DNA of 64,000 bases from an uncultured Bdellovibrionales bacterium. GTDB taxonomy: Bacteria; Bdellovibrionota; Bdellovibrionia; Bdellovibrionales; JAMPXM01. Shown piece after piece: positions 19,384 through 29,605 of the stretch; position 1 is the first letter of the stretch; each line of letters begins with the position of its first letter. The translations under genes were made by a program, and so were the position numbers. The DNA lies in the NCBI GenBank assembly GCA_937927435.1, contig CALBDW010000092.1, forward strand, positions 7 to 64,006. The letters run 5' to 3'. The notes under the pieces are model-generated. The model was given only the letters and a program-made list of their open reading frames with translations. It did no database searches and was not told where the DNA came from.

Positions 19384-22300
19384 ATGTCGACTTCTAAGAC
19401 CGCTTCGGTAAAGAAAAAATCCGCAGGTGAGGGGAAAAAAGGACAGGTCTTTCGCCCGTTTTTCGTTCCAGAAGGGGTGGACCCCTACGCTCAGGTGAAA
19501 TGGATCCACCGGTCCAGCCAGATTACGGGCTCCGACGGCCAAGTGATCTTCTCAATGGATGCCGTCGAGGTTCCGGAGTCCTGGAGCCAGCTCGCGACCG
19601 ATATCGCCGTGAGCAAATACTTCCGGAAAGCCGGTGTGCCGAAGACGGGGCATGAAACGTCGGTCCGCCAGCTCGTGCATCGAGTCGCGCGTACCATCCG
19701 TAACGCCGGAGAAAAATTCGGCGATTACTTCGCGACTCCCAAAGACGCCGAACAGTTCGAAAAAGAACTCGTGCACATCCTGCTCCAGCAAAAAGGAGCG
19801 TTTAACAGCCCGGTTTGGTTCAACTGCGGTCTTTATCACGAGTACGGAATTCTCGGTTCGGGTGGAAACTGGGCTTGGGATCCGAAAACCGACAAGCTTT
19901 TCCAAACGACGAATTCATTTGAATACCCGCAGTGCTCGGCTTGCTTCATCCAGAGAGTGGACGACTCGCTCGACAGCATCTTCGACCTCGTGAAAAACGA
20001 GGCGCGGATATTTAAATACGGTTCCGGAACGGGAACGAACTTCTCGAAACTCCGCGGCTCGATGGAAAAACTCTCCGGCGGTGGAACGAGCTCCGGCGTG
20101 ATGAGCTTCCTTGAGGTTCTCGACCGCGGGGCGGGCGCCACGAAGTCGGGAGGCACCACCCGGCGCGCGGCCAAGATGGTCTGCCTCGACATGGACCACC
20201 CGGAAATCGTCGACTTCATTAACTGGAAAGTCCGCGAAGAAAAGAAAGTCGCCGCTCTCGTCGCTGCAGGCTACTCGAGCGATTTCAATGGCGAAGCCTA
20301 TCGCACAGTGAGCGGTCAGAACTCCAACAACTCGGTGAGAATTCCCGACGAGTTCATGGAAGCCGTGGAGCGCGACGGCGAATGGTCCACGCGGGCTCGC
20401 ACGGACGGCCGCGTGATCGCAACCTATAAGGCCCGCGATCTCTGGAATCAAATCGCGGAAGCCGCTTGGGCGTGCGCCGATCCGGGCGTGCAGTTCGATA
20501 CGACGATCCAGAAATGGCACACGTGCCCGAATACGGATCGGATCAACGGTTCCAATCCGTGCTCGGAGTACATGTTCCTCGACGATTCCGCTTGTAACCT
20601 TGCTTCGTTGAACTTGGTTAAATTCCTGCGCGAAGACGGAAGCTTCGACATCGAGAGCTTCCGCCACGCGGCCCGTATTCTCTTTACGGCGCAGGAAATT
20701 CTCGTCGATCTCTCGAGCTATCCGACGGAAAAAATCGCGCGCAACTCGCATGACTACCGTCCGCTCGGTCTTGGCTACGCGAACCTGGGAACCCTCCTCA
20801 TGATCAAAGGGATTCCTTACGATAGCGACGAGGCGTACGCGTGGGCGGGCGCGATCACCGCTCTTATGACCGGCGAAGCGTACTGCACGAGCGCCGAAAT
20901 CGCGCGCTCGAAAGGTCCGTTCAACGGTTTTGCAAAGAACGCCGAACCGATGATGCGCGTGATGAAGCAGCATCAGGCCGCGCTCGACGGTATCGATTTC
21001 TCGTTCGTGTCTGAGGAAATGCGCGAGGCATGCCGCTCCGTCTGGCGCGAAACGATCGAAATGGGCAGCCGGTACGGCTACCGGAACGCGCAAGCGACGG
21101 TGCTTGCGCCCACGGGAACGATCGGGCTTCTCATGGATTGCGATACGACGGGTATCGAACCCGATTTCGCGCTTGTGAAGTTTAAGAAGCTTGCGGGCGG
21201 TGGTTACTTTAAGATCGTCAACCAATCCGTGCCGAAGGCTCTTAAGGCCCTCGGTTATACGGAAAAGCAGATCGCGGAAATCGTCGAATACGCGATCGGT
21301 ACGATGTCGCTTGAAAACTCGCCGCACATCAATCGCGACTCTTTGAAAAAGAAAGGGCTCAACGAAGTCGATCTGCAAAAGATCGCGTCCGCGCTTCCCA
21401 GCGCGTTTGATCTCGACTCGGCGATTTCGCCGTGGGTGCTCGGTGACGACGGGCTTGCGCGTGCGGGACTTACGAAAGACGACTTGGCAGGCCGGACCGT
21501 GCTCGAAGCGATGGGCTTCACGTATGCGCAAATCCGCGAAGCTTCGAAAGTCGTTTGCGGACGCATGACTCTCGAAGGTGCGCCGCACTTGAAGCCCGAA
21601 CATCTTCCGGTCTTCGACTGCGCGAATAAGTGCGGACCCGAAGGCCAGCGCTACATCCAACCGATGGCTCATGTGCGCATGATGGCCGCGGCGCAACCGT
21701 TCTTGAGCGGCGCGATCTCCAAAACGGTGAACCTGCCGCATGAAGCCACGGTGAGTGATATCCAGAACATTTATCACGAGGCTTGGAAACGTGGCTTAAA
21801 GGCGATCGCGATTTACCGCGACGGCTCTAAACTCAGCCAGCCGCTCTCGGGCCGTAAATCCGATAAAGCATCGGCCGCGAAAGCGGAAAGAGACGTGCCG
21901 GTCAACGAGCGCGGCGAGCCCTTGCTCTATAGCCAACGCGATCTCGAAGAAGCGATCGCTCGGGCGGTGGAACTCGCTCCCGCAAGAAAGCGCAAGATGC
22001 CGCAAAGACGCCAGGGCCTCACGATCGAGGCTAGCGTGGGCGGTCACAAAGTCTTCCTACGTACGGGCGAGTACGAGGACGGCCGTCTCGGCGAAATCTT
22101 CATCGACATGCACAAAGAAGGTGCGACTTTGCGCAGCCTTTTGAACTGCTTCGCGATGTCGGTGTCGATGGGGCTTCAATACGGAGTGCCACTTGAAGAC
22201 TACGTCGAGAAGTTCACGTTCACGCGCTTTGAACCGTACGGTATCGTCGACCATCCGAACATCAAGCAGGCGACAAGCTTGCTTGACTACATCTTCCGCG

Positions 22301-22740
22301 TGCTCGGAATGGAGTACCTGGGGCGGACCGACTTCGTACACGTGAAGCCGGCGCTTGAAGACTTGGCGGTCAACCGTCCGCACGGTAACGGTGAGCGAGA
22401 GCGGCTTCCGAACGTCGCGGCCGATCAGCTGGATTTGCCGATTGAGAAGGCCGTGCTTCCGGAAGGCCGGGCTGGTAACCGCACGGACGATCAAATGGCC
22501 AGCGATAAGGAAATGATCGAAGGAGTCGCCCGCGCTTCCGAAGAAGTGATGGCCGACGTGGTGAAGAGCAATCGGGAAGCGTTGAAAATCACGCGCGTGA
22601 AAACGCTCGATGCGCTCGATACCCAGCTTTCGAAGATGATGGGGGATGCGCCCATGTGTTCAACATGCGGACACGTCACCGTCCGTAACGGAAGCTGCTA
22701 CCGCTGCCTCAACTGCGGAAACTCGATGGGGTGCTCATGA
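19384..22740 (+). CDS. nrdJ: class II (adenosylcobalamin-dependent) ribonucleoside reductase
   Basis: About 1118 aa. [31 protein letters not shown] and SKTVNLP motifs. C-terminal zinc ribbon [21 protein letters not shown]. Start set at the ATG at 19384 (RBS GGAAGGGA); the tracked 19309 start adds 25 implausible codons. Confidence 0.9.
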   Translation: MSTSKTASVKKKSAGEGKKGQVFRPFFVPEGVDPYAQVKWIHRSSQITGSDGQVIFSMDAVEVPESWSQLATDIAVSKYFRKAGVPKTGHETSVRQLVHRVARTIRNAGEKFGDYFATPKDAEQFEKELVHILLQQKGAFNSPVWFNCGLYHEYGILGSGGNWAWDPKTDKLFQTTNSFEYPQCSACFIQRVDDSLDSIFDLVKNEARIFKYGSGTGTNFSKLRGSMEKLSGGGTSSGVMSFLEVLDRGAGATKSGGTTRRAAKMVCLDMDHPEIVDFINWKVREEKKVAALVAAGYSSDFNGEAYRTVSGQNSNNSVRIPDEFMEAVERDGEWSTRARTDGRVIATYKARDLWNQIAEAAWACADPGVQFDTTIQKWHTCPNTDRINGSNPCSEYMFLDDSACNLASLNLVKFLREDGSFDIESFRHAARILFTAQEILVDLSSYPTEKIARNSHDYRPLGLGYANLGTLLMIKGIPYDSDEAYAWAGAITALMTGEAYCTSAEIARSKGPFNGFAKNAEPMMRVMKQHQAALDGIDFSFVSEEMREACRSVWRETIEMGSRYGYRNAQATVLAPTGTIGLLMDCDTTGIEPDFALVKFKKLAGGGYFKIVNQSVPKALKALGYTEKQIAEIVEYAIGTMSLENSPHINRDSLKKKGLNEVDLQKIASALPSAFDLDSAISPWVLGDDGLARAGLTKDDLAGRTVLEAMGFTYAQIREASKVVCGRMTLEGAPHLKPEHLPVFDCANKCGPEGQRYIQPMAHVRMMAAAQPFLSGAISKTVNLPHEATVSDIQNIYHEAWKRGLKAIAIYRDGSKLSQPLSGRKSDKASAAKAERDVPVNERGEPLLYSQRDLEEAIARAVELAPARKRKMPQRRQGLTIEASVGGHKVFLRTGEYEDGRLGEIFIDMHKEGATLRSLLNCFAMSVSMGLQYGVPLEDYVEKFTFTRFEPYGIVDHPNIKQATSLLDYIFRVLGMEYLGRTDFVHVKPALEDLAVNRPHGNGERERLPNVAADQLDLPIEKAVLPEGRAGNRTDDQMASDKEMIEGVARASEEVMADVVKSNREALKITRVKTLDALDTQLSKMMGDAPMCSTCGHVTVRNGSCYRCLNCGNSMGCS

Positions 22741-22777
22741 AGTTTGAATCCCGCTAAAACTCTCGAGCTCTGAAATG

Positions 22778-22810
22778 AAAAAAGGGAGGGTTTCAAACCC
22801 TCCCTTTATG
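22778..22810. terminator. bidirectional intrinsic-terminator-like hairpin between nrdJ and the acyl-CoA dehydrogenase gene
   Basis: GGGAGGGTTTCAAACCCTCCC (22784-22804) forms a perfect GC-rich stem. It is flanked by an A-run (5') and TTTAT (3'). Confidence 0.7.
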
Positions 22811-22854
22811 ATTCTAAAGGCCTGTAATGACTTTTGTTTTTCGAGCTATTCCGG

Positions 22855-22882
22855 TCATCCCCACGATTGTGAGCCAGTTTTA
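22855..22882 (-). repeat. singleton arm of the AAACTGGCTCAC-N4-GTGGKGATGA repeat family
   Basis: The plus strand reads TCATCCCCACGATTGTGAGCCAGTTTTA, the reverse complement of TAAAACTGGCTCAC-AATC-GTGGGGATGA. It ends 7 nt from the stop of the minus-strand gene 22890-24101. Confidence 0.85.
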
Positions 22883-22889
22883 GCGTGAA

Positions 22890-24101
22890 TTACGCGTCGA
22901 TGGCACCTGGGTTCTTCGCCAAATCTCGCGTGATGTTTTTCTGGTGCGCTTCGAGAGTTCCACCGCCGATTTCAAGCAGCTTCGCGTCCCGCCACAAACG
23001 CTCGACCACGTATTCGCCGACGTAACCGTAGCCACCGAGAACTTGGATGGCGCGATCGGCGATATTTTTGGCTGCCGTCGTCGAAACGAGTTTCACGCCG
23101 TCGGAATCCAGACGGTTGCCGGAAGAATGGAGATCCAGGCGGCGGGCCGTATCGTAAACGTAAGTACGGCACGCGCGGTATTCGGCGTAGCTTTCAGCGA
23201 TATGGCGCTGGATTTGGCCGAAGTGCGAGATCGGCTTACCAAAGGCGTGGCGCTCGTTCGCGTAACGATTCATCACTTCCAGCGAGCGGCGGGCGATGCC
23301 AAGAGCCATAGCGGCCAGAGTCAGGCGTTCGATCTCGAGGTTGCGCATCATATGGTGGACGGACTCTCCGAGCTCACCGATGAGGTTTGATTTCGGAACG
23401 CGGCAATTTGTGAAGACAAGCTCCGCTGTGTTGGAGGCGCGCATTCCGGTTTTATCTTTGATTTTTTGGCCGACTTCGTAACCCGGCATCCCTTTTTCGA
23501 TGAGGAATGTCGAAATTTGCGGTTTGCCGTTTTTCTCGCCGGTTTTTGCGTACAACCAAACGTAGTCGGCTGGCGTGCCTTCGTCGTCGAGGCAGCCGTT
23601 CGTGATCCACATTTTGCGGCCGTTTATAACGAATCCGTCGCCAGCGGCTTCGGCCGTCGTTTCAAGGCCCAAAACGTCGGTACCGACATTCGGTTCGGAC
23701 ATCGCCATGCAGCCTATTTTTTCGCCGCTGCAGACGCCCGGCAAAATGCGCCGTTTTTGTTCCTCGCTACCGTTAACGGCGAGGTTGTTCACGAAAAGCA
23801 TGCTGTGCGCAAGATAAGCCAAGCAGAAGCCGGGGTCGGAGGATGAGATTTCCTCGTGGACGATCACGGCGGCCACGGCGTCTTGACCGGCTCCGCCGTA
23901 CTCTTCGGGGACGGTGATGCCGAGAAGGCCGAGTTCACCGAGCTTCCTGAAAAGAGGAAGGTTGAAAACCTCGCGGCGGTCATGTTCCAGAGCTTGCGGC
24001 TCGACTTCGGACTGGACGAACTCCCTCACGGTTTCACGAATCATCTTATGTTCGGGGGTGGGATTAAAAAGGTCGAAGTTCCGCCAACTCGATTCGCTCA
24101 T
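22890..24101 (-). CDS. acyl-CoA dehydrogenase (isovaleryl-CoA dehydrogenase-like)
   Basis: 403 aa. CMAMSEPNVGTDV, WITNG and C-terminal EIGGGTLEAHQKNITRDL motifs of the ACAD family. Confidence 0.9.
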   Translation of the reverse strand: MSESSWRNFDLFNPTPEHKMIRETVREFVQSEVEPQALEHDRREVFNLPLFRKLGELGLLGITVPEEYGGAGQDAVAAVIVHEEISSSDPGFCLAYLAHSMLFVNNLAVNGSEEQKRRILPGVCSGEKIGCMAMSEPNVGTDVLGLETTAEAAGDGFVINGRKMWITNGCLDDEGTPADYVWLYAKTGEKNGKPQISTFLIEKGMPGYEVGQKIKDKTGMRASNTAELVFTNCRVPKSNLIGELGESVHHMMRNLEIERLTLAAMALGIARRSLEVMNRYANERHAFGKPISHFGQIQRHIAESYAEYRACRTYVYDTARRLDLHSSGNRLDSDGVKLVSTTAAKNIADRAIQVLGGYGYVGEYVVERLWRDAKLLEIGGGTLEAHQKNITRDLAKNPGAIDA

Positions 24102-24348
24102 TTTTCACTCCTTGGATCACTGTTCCCTTTCCTTAACTAGACCCCGCGCCCATGTCACGGCTTCTTTTGCGGATCCACCAGGCAAGCGTTTGACTTCCGG
24201 TGAAACCGTACCTCTAAAATGATGGGAAGCGCATTGCAAAAGCCGCCATTCCCTCAACATTTCCAATTTTTTTCAAATCGAGGCATGGTTCAGGCCCGAA
24301 AGTCACGGTGGGTCGACGGGTTTTGTCATGCGCGCTGAGGGAGCAGCC

Positions 24349-25557
24349 ATGGAGCAAAAAGCGGACGTTGTCATCGTTGGCGGAGGATTGGCCGGCTCGC
24401 TGACCGCATTGCGACTCGCGACCGCGCACCCGCAAATGCGTGTTGTGCTCGTTGAAAAAGGGGACCAGTTAGGTGGACGTCGCACGTGGAGCTTTTTCGA
24501 AGCTGAATTGGGAAGCGACGAAACGATGAAGTGGCTTGAGCCCGTGATCGACCGCAGCTGGGATGGGGTTTCGGTGAAATTCCCCAAACTCGAGAAAGAT
24601 GTTACCCGCAGGTTTCACGCGATCCGCTCAGAAACTCTCCATAAAAAGGTTCTCGAATTGCTCGGCGATGGCGTTGTTTTGCACGCCGAAGTGTCGCGTC
24701 TCACCGAGTCGCACGTCGAACTTGAAAACGGTGATGTTTTTGGGGCGCGTCTCATTCTCGATGCCCGCGGCTTAGACGAGGCGTCAGGTCCTTCCATCAC
24801 CGGTTATCAAAAATTTATCGGTTTGGAATTTGAATTGGCTGAACCGCACGGTTTGACCGCGCCGGTGCTTGTCGATGCGTGTTGCCCGCAACTCGATGGC
24901 TTGCGGTATTTCTCGCTTTTGCCCTGGGATGAGAAGCGGGTTCTCATCGAAGAGACATATTATAGCGACTCGCAAACGGTGAACCGCGAGCGCATCCACC
25001 GTTCGCTCACGGCGTATGCTGAAAGGCGAGACTGGAAGATCGTAAGCGTCAGTCGCGAAGAATGGGACGTTATCCCGATTCCGATGAGCGGCGATTACAT
25101 CAAGCAAAGCATCGGCGGGCAGCCTCTGCCGATCGGTGTGCGCGGTGGTTTCTTTCACGCCGCGACGGGGCGTTCTTTCGCGGAGACCGTCCGGATCGCC
25201 GAGTTTCTTTCTTCGCTCGAAGACCATGCCACCCATTTCGCGCGTCTCCGGCTTGTGAAGTTCAAAAAGCCGTGGATGTCGCGCCAACGCTTTTATCGCT
25301 TGCTCAATCGCTTTATCTTCTTTGCGGCTGAACCGTCTCTGCGTTATCAGGTTCTTCAGCATATCTACGCGCAAAGTCCGGATTTGGTCGTTCGGTTTTT
25401 GAACGGGCGCACGTCGTGGGCCGATCGTATCCGGCTTTTGAGTTCGGGCGTTCCAGTGCCGCGAGAACGGGCTTTGCGTAGCTTGACGGAAGACGCTTTG
25501 CATTCGTGGGCGGCTGCGCGCACGCGAAATGGCGGCGCGGCTGAAAGTCACCTTTAA
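24349..25557 (+). CDS. lycopene cyclase family (CrtY-like) flavoprotein
   Basis: DVVIVGGGLAGSLTALRLA dinucleotide-binding motif. Size (~400 aa) and FLYA/FHAATG-type C-terminal motifs (GGFFHAATGRSF) resemble the CrtY/CrtL family. Start at 24349 (RBS GAGGGA), with 24328 as an alternative. Confidence 0.65.
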   Translation: MEQKADVVIVGGGLAGSLTALRLATAHPQMRVVLVEKGDQLGGRRTWSFFEAELGSDETMKWLEPVIDRSWDGVSVKFPKLEKDVTRRFHAIRSETLHKKVLELLGDGVVLHAEVSRLTESHVELENGDVFGARLILDARGLDEASGPSITGYQKFIGLEFELAEPHGLTAPVLVDACCPQLDGLRYFSLLPWDEKRVLIEETYYSDSQTVNRERIHRSLTAYAERRDWKIVSVSREEWDVIPIPMSGDYIKQSIGGQPLPIGVRGGFFHAATGRSFAETVRIAEFLSSLEDHATHFARLRLVKFKKPWMSRQRFYRLLNRFIFFAAEPSLRYQVLQHIYAQSPDLVVRFLNGRTSWADRIRLLSSGVPVPRERALRSLTEDALHSWAAARTRNGGAAESHL

Positions 25558-25634
25558 AGAGAGACATTCTAAATTCGGCTGGCGGCGATCCCGGTTCAGG
25601 TTCAAGATAAGGACCGCGAGTGGAGGAGGCTTTC

Positions 25635-27002
25635 ATGCGCATTTTGGTCACGGGGGCCACGGGATTGATCGGTAAGGAACTCGGAAAACGCCTTGTCTCA
25701 AACGGCCATGAGTTGGTCGTCGTCTCGCGCAATCCGAAGAAAGCCGAATTCGAGGTGCCGTATCCGGCCAGGTTTTTTGCGTGGAAGGGGGAGAGCGAAG
25801 CGTTTCCGATCGAGGCGCTGAAAGACGTTGACGTCATTGTGAACCTCGCTGGCGAACCTATCGCTCCTGGGCGATGGACGGCCGAAAAGAAGAAACGCAT
25901 ACGTGATTCTCGGGTTCTTGGAACAAGGAGGATCGTCGAGGCGCTGGCCCGGCTTGATTTCCGTCCGCGCGCGCTTGTTCAAGCATCCGCGATCGGTATT
26001 TACGGCGACCGTGATGATGATGTTCTCACGGAACAATCGGCGGAGGGCGAGGGGTTTCTTGCCGACGTCGTCAAGGATTGGGAAGCGGAAGCTCGTGCGG
26101 TTGAAAAACTCGGTCTGCGACTTGCGATCGTCCGTACCGCGATGGTGCTCTCCACCCGCGGGGGAGCATTGGCCAGGCTCTTGCCCCTTTTCGAAAAGGG
26201 CGTCGGCGGCCAGTTCGCGAGCGGTCTTCAGTGGATGAGTTGGATTCACATCGAAGACATTGTGCGCGTTTACACGTATTGTGTGGAGTACGAATCGGCG
26301 CGCGGTGTTTTCAACGCCTCGGCCCCTGAACCAGTACGCAACGACCGGTTTTCTCTTCTGTTAGCACGTGCTCTTGGACGTGCGCCTTTTCTTCCGGTGC
26401 CGGATACCGCGTTAAAGCTCGCTCTGGGAGAGGCTGCGACGACGGTCTTGTGGAGCCAGCGCGTGCTCCCAAACCGCTTAACGGAACTGGGGTTTCAGTT
26501 TCGGTATTGGGAACTGGAGGCGGCGCTTCGGGAACTCTGCGGTCCATTCAGAGACGGTTGGCGGCAATCCGTCATCGAACAATGGGTCGCGAGGAAACCG
26601 GACGAACTCTTCGCGTTTTTCACCGATGAACGGAATTTGGAGAAGCTCACCCCTCCGTCCTTTGGTCTTCATGTGATCGGGAAATCGTCACCTGAGCTGA
26701 AAGAAGGAGCTGAGGTTGATTTCCGTTACAAGCTTTACGGTTTTCCCATGATCGCCCAAGTCAAGATCCGCGAGTGGGAGCCGGGGCGGCGTTTTGTCGA
26801 CGAGCAAATAAAGGGGCCTTTTAAGGCCTGGATTCACGCGCATGAGTTTTGGCCTCTGGCCGGGGGAACCCTTTTGCGTGATCGGGTCCGTTATCGAGTG
26901 CCAGCGGGCTGGTTGGGCGACGTCCTGGCCGGCTGGAAGGTTGAAAACGAGTTGAAGTCGTTTTTCGAGTTTCGCCGTAAGCGAATCAATGAGATATTCT
27001 GA
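25635..27002 (+). CDS. fusion of YfcH-type (TIGR01777/DUF1731) SDR epimerase-like domain and C-terminal SRPBCC domain
   Basis: MRILVTGATGLIGKELGKRL Rossmann N-terminus. WMSWIHIEDIV is typical of YfcH. The last ~150 aa (..VARKPDELFAFFTDERNLEKLTPP..IREWEPGRRFVDEQIKGPFKAWIHAHEF..) resemble an SRPBCC/START-like ligand-binding fold. Confidence 0.65.
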   Translation: MRILVTGATGLIGKELGKRLVSNGHELVVVSRNPKKAEFEVPYPARFFAWKGESEAFPIEALKDVDVIVNLAGEPIAPGRWTAEKKKRIRDSRVLGTRRIVEALARLDFRPRALVQASAIGIYGDRDDDVLTEQSAEGEGFLADVVKDWEAEARAVEKLGLRLAIVRTAMVLSTRGGALARLLPLFEKGVGGQFASGLQWMSWIHIEDIVRVYTYCVEYESARGVFNASAPEPVRNDRFSLLLARALGRAPFLPVPDTALKLALGEAATTVLWSQRVLPNRLTELGFQFRYWELEAALRELCGPFRDGWRQSVIEQWVARKPDELFAFFTDERNLEKLTPPSFGLHVIGKSSPELKEGAEVDFRYKLYGFPMIAQVKIREWEPGRRFVDEQIKGPFKAWIHAHEFWPLAGGTLLRDRVRYRVPAGWLGDVLAGWKVENELKSFFEFRRKRINEIF

Positions 27003-27037
27003 CGCTCCAAAAGAGAAGACTGAGGAAAGAGGCGTCA

Positions 27038-27760
27038 GTGTATTCCATACGTTTTCCCCACAGCGGGCAGTTCGAATACGCGGACCGGAGGCTTTCGGCC
27101 CGCGAAATTTTGGAGTTGGTGGAACCCTATCTGACTCCCGAGAGGCGGGAGCGTATCCGCCGCGTCGTTGAGAGCCGTACGTGTGACGTGGTCCCGGTTC
27201 TCGAGAACATCTACGATCGCGGCAATATCAGCGCCGTTTTAAGAAGCGCGGAAGCTATGGGCTTCCAGTGCGCCCACGTCATTGAGCTGGGGGAAAAATT
27301 TAAGAGCGCCAACCGAGTGACCCAAGGCGCCGACAAATGGCTGGATGTGCGTCGCTGGCGCTCGACCCGCGATTGCATTACGGAACTAAAGCGCCAAGGC
27401 TTTAAGATCGTCGCGACCCATCTCGATCAAAAGGCGAAACCCATTTCCTCAATCGATTTTCTCGGGCCTGTGGCCGTCGTTTTCGGGAACGAGAAGGACG
27501 GCATTTCGCAGGAGATGGTGGAGCTGGCCGATGAAACGATGATCATCCCCATGGCCGGTTTCGTTCAAAGTTTCAACATCTCGGTCGCCGCGGCCATTTC
27601 GTTCTATCACATCTACCTCGAGCGGCAGAGGGCCCACGGCCACGTCGGAAACTTAAGCGAAGAAGAAAAATTGGTCTTGCGCGCCGATTTCTGCCTGCGT
27701 TCGAGCGATAATCCGGACCGTTTGATTCGCGAACTTTTGGAAAGACAACTGAAGGCTTAA
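27038..27760 (+). CDS. trmH: SpoU-family tRNA (Gm18) 2'-O-methyltransferase-like
   Basis: 240 aa. VLENIYDRGNISAVLRSAEAMG, VVFGNEKDGIS and IPMAGFVQSFNISVAAAI (SPOUT motifs). Confidence 0.75.
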   Translation: MYSIRFPHSGQFEYADRRLSAREILELVEPYLTPERRERIRRVVESRTCDVVPVLENIYDRGNISAVLRSAEAMGFQCAHVIELGEKFKSANRVTQGADKWLDVRRWRSTRDCITELKRQGFKIVATHLDQKAKPISSIDFLGPVAVVFGNEKDGISQEMVELADETMIIPMAGFVQSFNISVAAAISFYHIYLERQRAHGHVGNLSEEEKLVLRADFCLRSSDNPDRLIRELLERQLKA

Positions 27761-28365
27761 AGCTGGCTTGAAACGCCGGCTTGGTTTTCAAGATCGCTGA
27801 TGCGAATGATGTTTTGCGTTCTTCGGTTGCGCAGCTGCTCGATTTGAGCGCGAATCGCCTGTGAAGACGAATTCTGGGAAAGCAAACGCGAGAGACTCCG
27901 GATGCGGGCTTCGAGGTTTTCGTTTTCGATTTCCAACTCGCGGATTTTTTGGCCCACGCGGTAACTGGTGAGGAATTGGGGCTCAAGATGGGTGGGGCAG
28001 ACGTTCTTGTAAGCATCGCCCTTTCTTCCTGCCTCAAGCCCGCTTTGGGGGGAGCAGTACTCCACTAAGCCCGCGTCGCGACCGTTCATGTACATATCTT
28101 CGTTCAGGTCGCTCAGTTCGCCCGAACAAACGAGTTTGTGTTCTTCGATTTTGCTGGGCTTAGCTCCACTGAGTCCGTCGAGCCGCCCGACTTCATACCA
28201 ATCCATGTGGGAGCACGGCAGTGGTCGGGAGCCTGAAAGTGACGGAGGAGTGAGATGCGTGCAGGCGGCCATGAGTCCCAGAGCTGCCAATGAGGTCAAC
28301 GAGAACAAGGAGATTCGTTTCTTTTTAAAGCTCTGTTTTTTGAGACTCTTCGCTGTGGCCCGCAT
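27757..28365 (-). CDS. DUF2799-like lipoprotein with C-terminal coiled coil
   Basis: Start taken at MRATAKSLKK.. with lipobox LMAAC. Repeated W/Y..G..DG..G...C and YC.P..G...G motifs. C-terminal heptad-like ELEIENENLEARIRSL. Confidence 0.55.
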   Translation of the reverse strand: MRATAKSLKKQSFKKKRISLFSLTSLAALGLMAACTHLTPPSLSGSRPLPCSHMDWYEVGRLDGLSGAKPSKIEEHKLVCSGELSDLNEDMYMNGRDAGLVEYCSPQSGLEAGRKGDAYKNVCPTHLEPQFLTSYRVGQKIRELEIENENLEARIRSLSRLLSQNSSSQAIRAQIEQLRNRRTQNIIRISDLENQAGVSSQL

Positions 28366-28552
28366 GTTTCCAAGGTAAGAGTGCCGAGTGGGAAGATTCA
28401 AGCTGAAGACGGTTTTAGCAGAGATTTCAGGCGTGCCGAACACGAGTCCGGGACTCTTCTTCATGGTGGCGTGACTGACTCGAGGAGCTATATGCGACGA
28501 GGGGCTGCGGAAGGCGCGCAATCGTTGCATTTAAGCGATTTCTCGGGCAATT

Positions 28553-29581
28553 TTGACGCTCAACCAGGAGCCATTCGCGGTGAAAATTGCTCTTCTACAC
28601 GACTCTGTCCTCCCGCCTGAGCACTATGGCGGCATCGAACGCATTGTGATGAGCTTGGCTTACGAGTACCGTCGGCTGGGTCACGAGCCGGTGGTCGTCT
28701 GCCGGAAAGGGAGCCGTTTGGAGGACTTCGAAACGGTCGAGCTTCGTCCCGGATACGAAACCCAGGATCCGTCGCGTTGGCTCCCGAAAGACATCGATTT
28801 TTTACATGCGCATCAGCCCTTGCTGATAAAGCCAACCATTCCGTTTCTCGTGACGATTCACGGGAACGGGCATCCGGAAGAGAAGTACTGGCGGAACACG
28901 AATTTCTTAAGCCAGAGCCACTGCCGGAACCATAATGGCAAATACTATGTGTACAACGGTGTTGATCCCGACAGTTATCCATTCGTCGCCGAAAAAGACA
29001 ACTACTACGTTTTTCTCGCGCGCGCGACATGGCGGGTGAAGAACGTCAGAACGGCGATCGCGTGGGCCAATGACTTGGGAGTTCGCCTTGAAATCATGGG
29101 AGGTAGCGGGTTTTCGCGCGGAAACATCCGCTACGCCGGCCTTATCGGTGGAAAACGGAAGCTTGATCTTCTTTCGCGCGCAAAGGCGCTCATTTATCCG
29201 ACCAACTGGGATGAACCGTGCGCAGTCGCTCCGCTGGAGGCTCTGGCTTGCGGGACGCCCGTGATTGCTTCCGCTAACGGATGTATGCCGGAACTCGTGC
29301 GCCCAGGGACGGGGATCATCTGCCATACTTACGATGAACTCCTGGCGGCGCCCGAACGCCTGGAAAAGGAAGTGACGCCCGAAAATTGCCGGAAAGCAGT
29401 GGAAGAATTCTTCAGCGCTCGCAGGATGGCGCAGGATTATCTTGCCCTCATCGATCAGATCCTGAAAAAAGGCGAACTTGACCATGAGCCCCGCTATGCG
29501 TTCCGTCCCGATTCCGTGCAGCTTCTTTATAAACCGACTTTGATCAATCGCCTGAGACACGCTGTATTGGGAAAGGTGTAA
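28553..29581 (+). CDS. glycosyltransferase family 4 (GT-B)
   Basis: KIALLHDSVLPPEHYGGIERIV N-terminus. EPCAVAPLEALACGTPVIAS (E-x7-E region). True start probably the GTG at 28580. Confidence 0.8.
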   Translation: MTLNQEPFAVKIALLHDSVLPPEHYGGIERIVMSLAYEYRRLGHEPVVVCRKGSRLEDFETVELRPGYETQDPSRWLPKDIDFLHAHQPLLIKPTIPFLVTIHGNGHPEEKYWRNTNFLSQSHCRNHNGKYYVYNGVDPDSYPFVAEKDNYYVFLARATWRVKNVRTAIAWANDLGVRLEIMGGSGFSRGNIRYAGLIGGKRKLDLLSRAKALIYPTNWDEPCAVAPLEALACGTPVIASANGCMPELVRPGTGIICHTYDELLAAPERLEKEVTPENCRKAVEEFFSARRMAQDYLALIDQILKKGELDHEPRYAFRPDSVQLLYKPTLINRLRHAVLGKV

Positions 29582-29605
29582 CGAGAGAATTCGAGGAGAA
29601 AGTTC

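Noticed and set aside
19915-21777. 620-aa minus-strand ORF antisense to nrdJ. Similar long antisense or overlapping ORFs occur at 15955-16935, 24784-25605, 25313-25900, 31148-31723, 38363-39154, 39501-40253, 52725-53486 and 56510-57976.
   Set aside because: Each lies entirely opposite to or out of frame with a gene carrying clear family motifs. Their products are Arg/Pro/Ser-rich low-complexity sequence, typical of stop-codon-poor shadow frames in GC-rich DNA.
22827-22883. Possible coding potential of the repeat arms. In one frame of the reverse arm most copies read [V/I]-[I/T]-[T/P]-T-x-V-S-Q-F. Some differences look synonymous (ACG ATT vs ACA ATA; TTT vs TTC). At 22827-22883 there is an 18-codon ORF, MTFVFRAIPVIPTIVSQF.
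   Set aside because: Only this one copy has a start codon. The other copies have in-frame stops just upstream (for example TGA at 31149-31151 and TAG at 44273-44275) or lie antisense to real genes. One arm (44230) has an indel that breaks the frame. The pattern is explained equally well by three sequence subfamilies.
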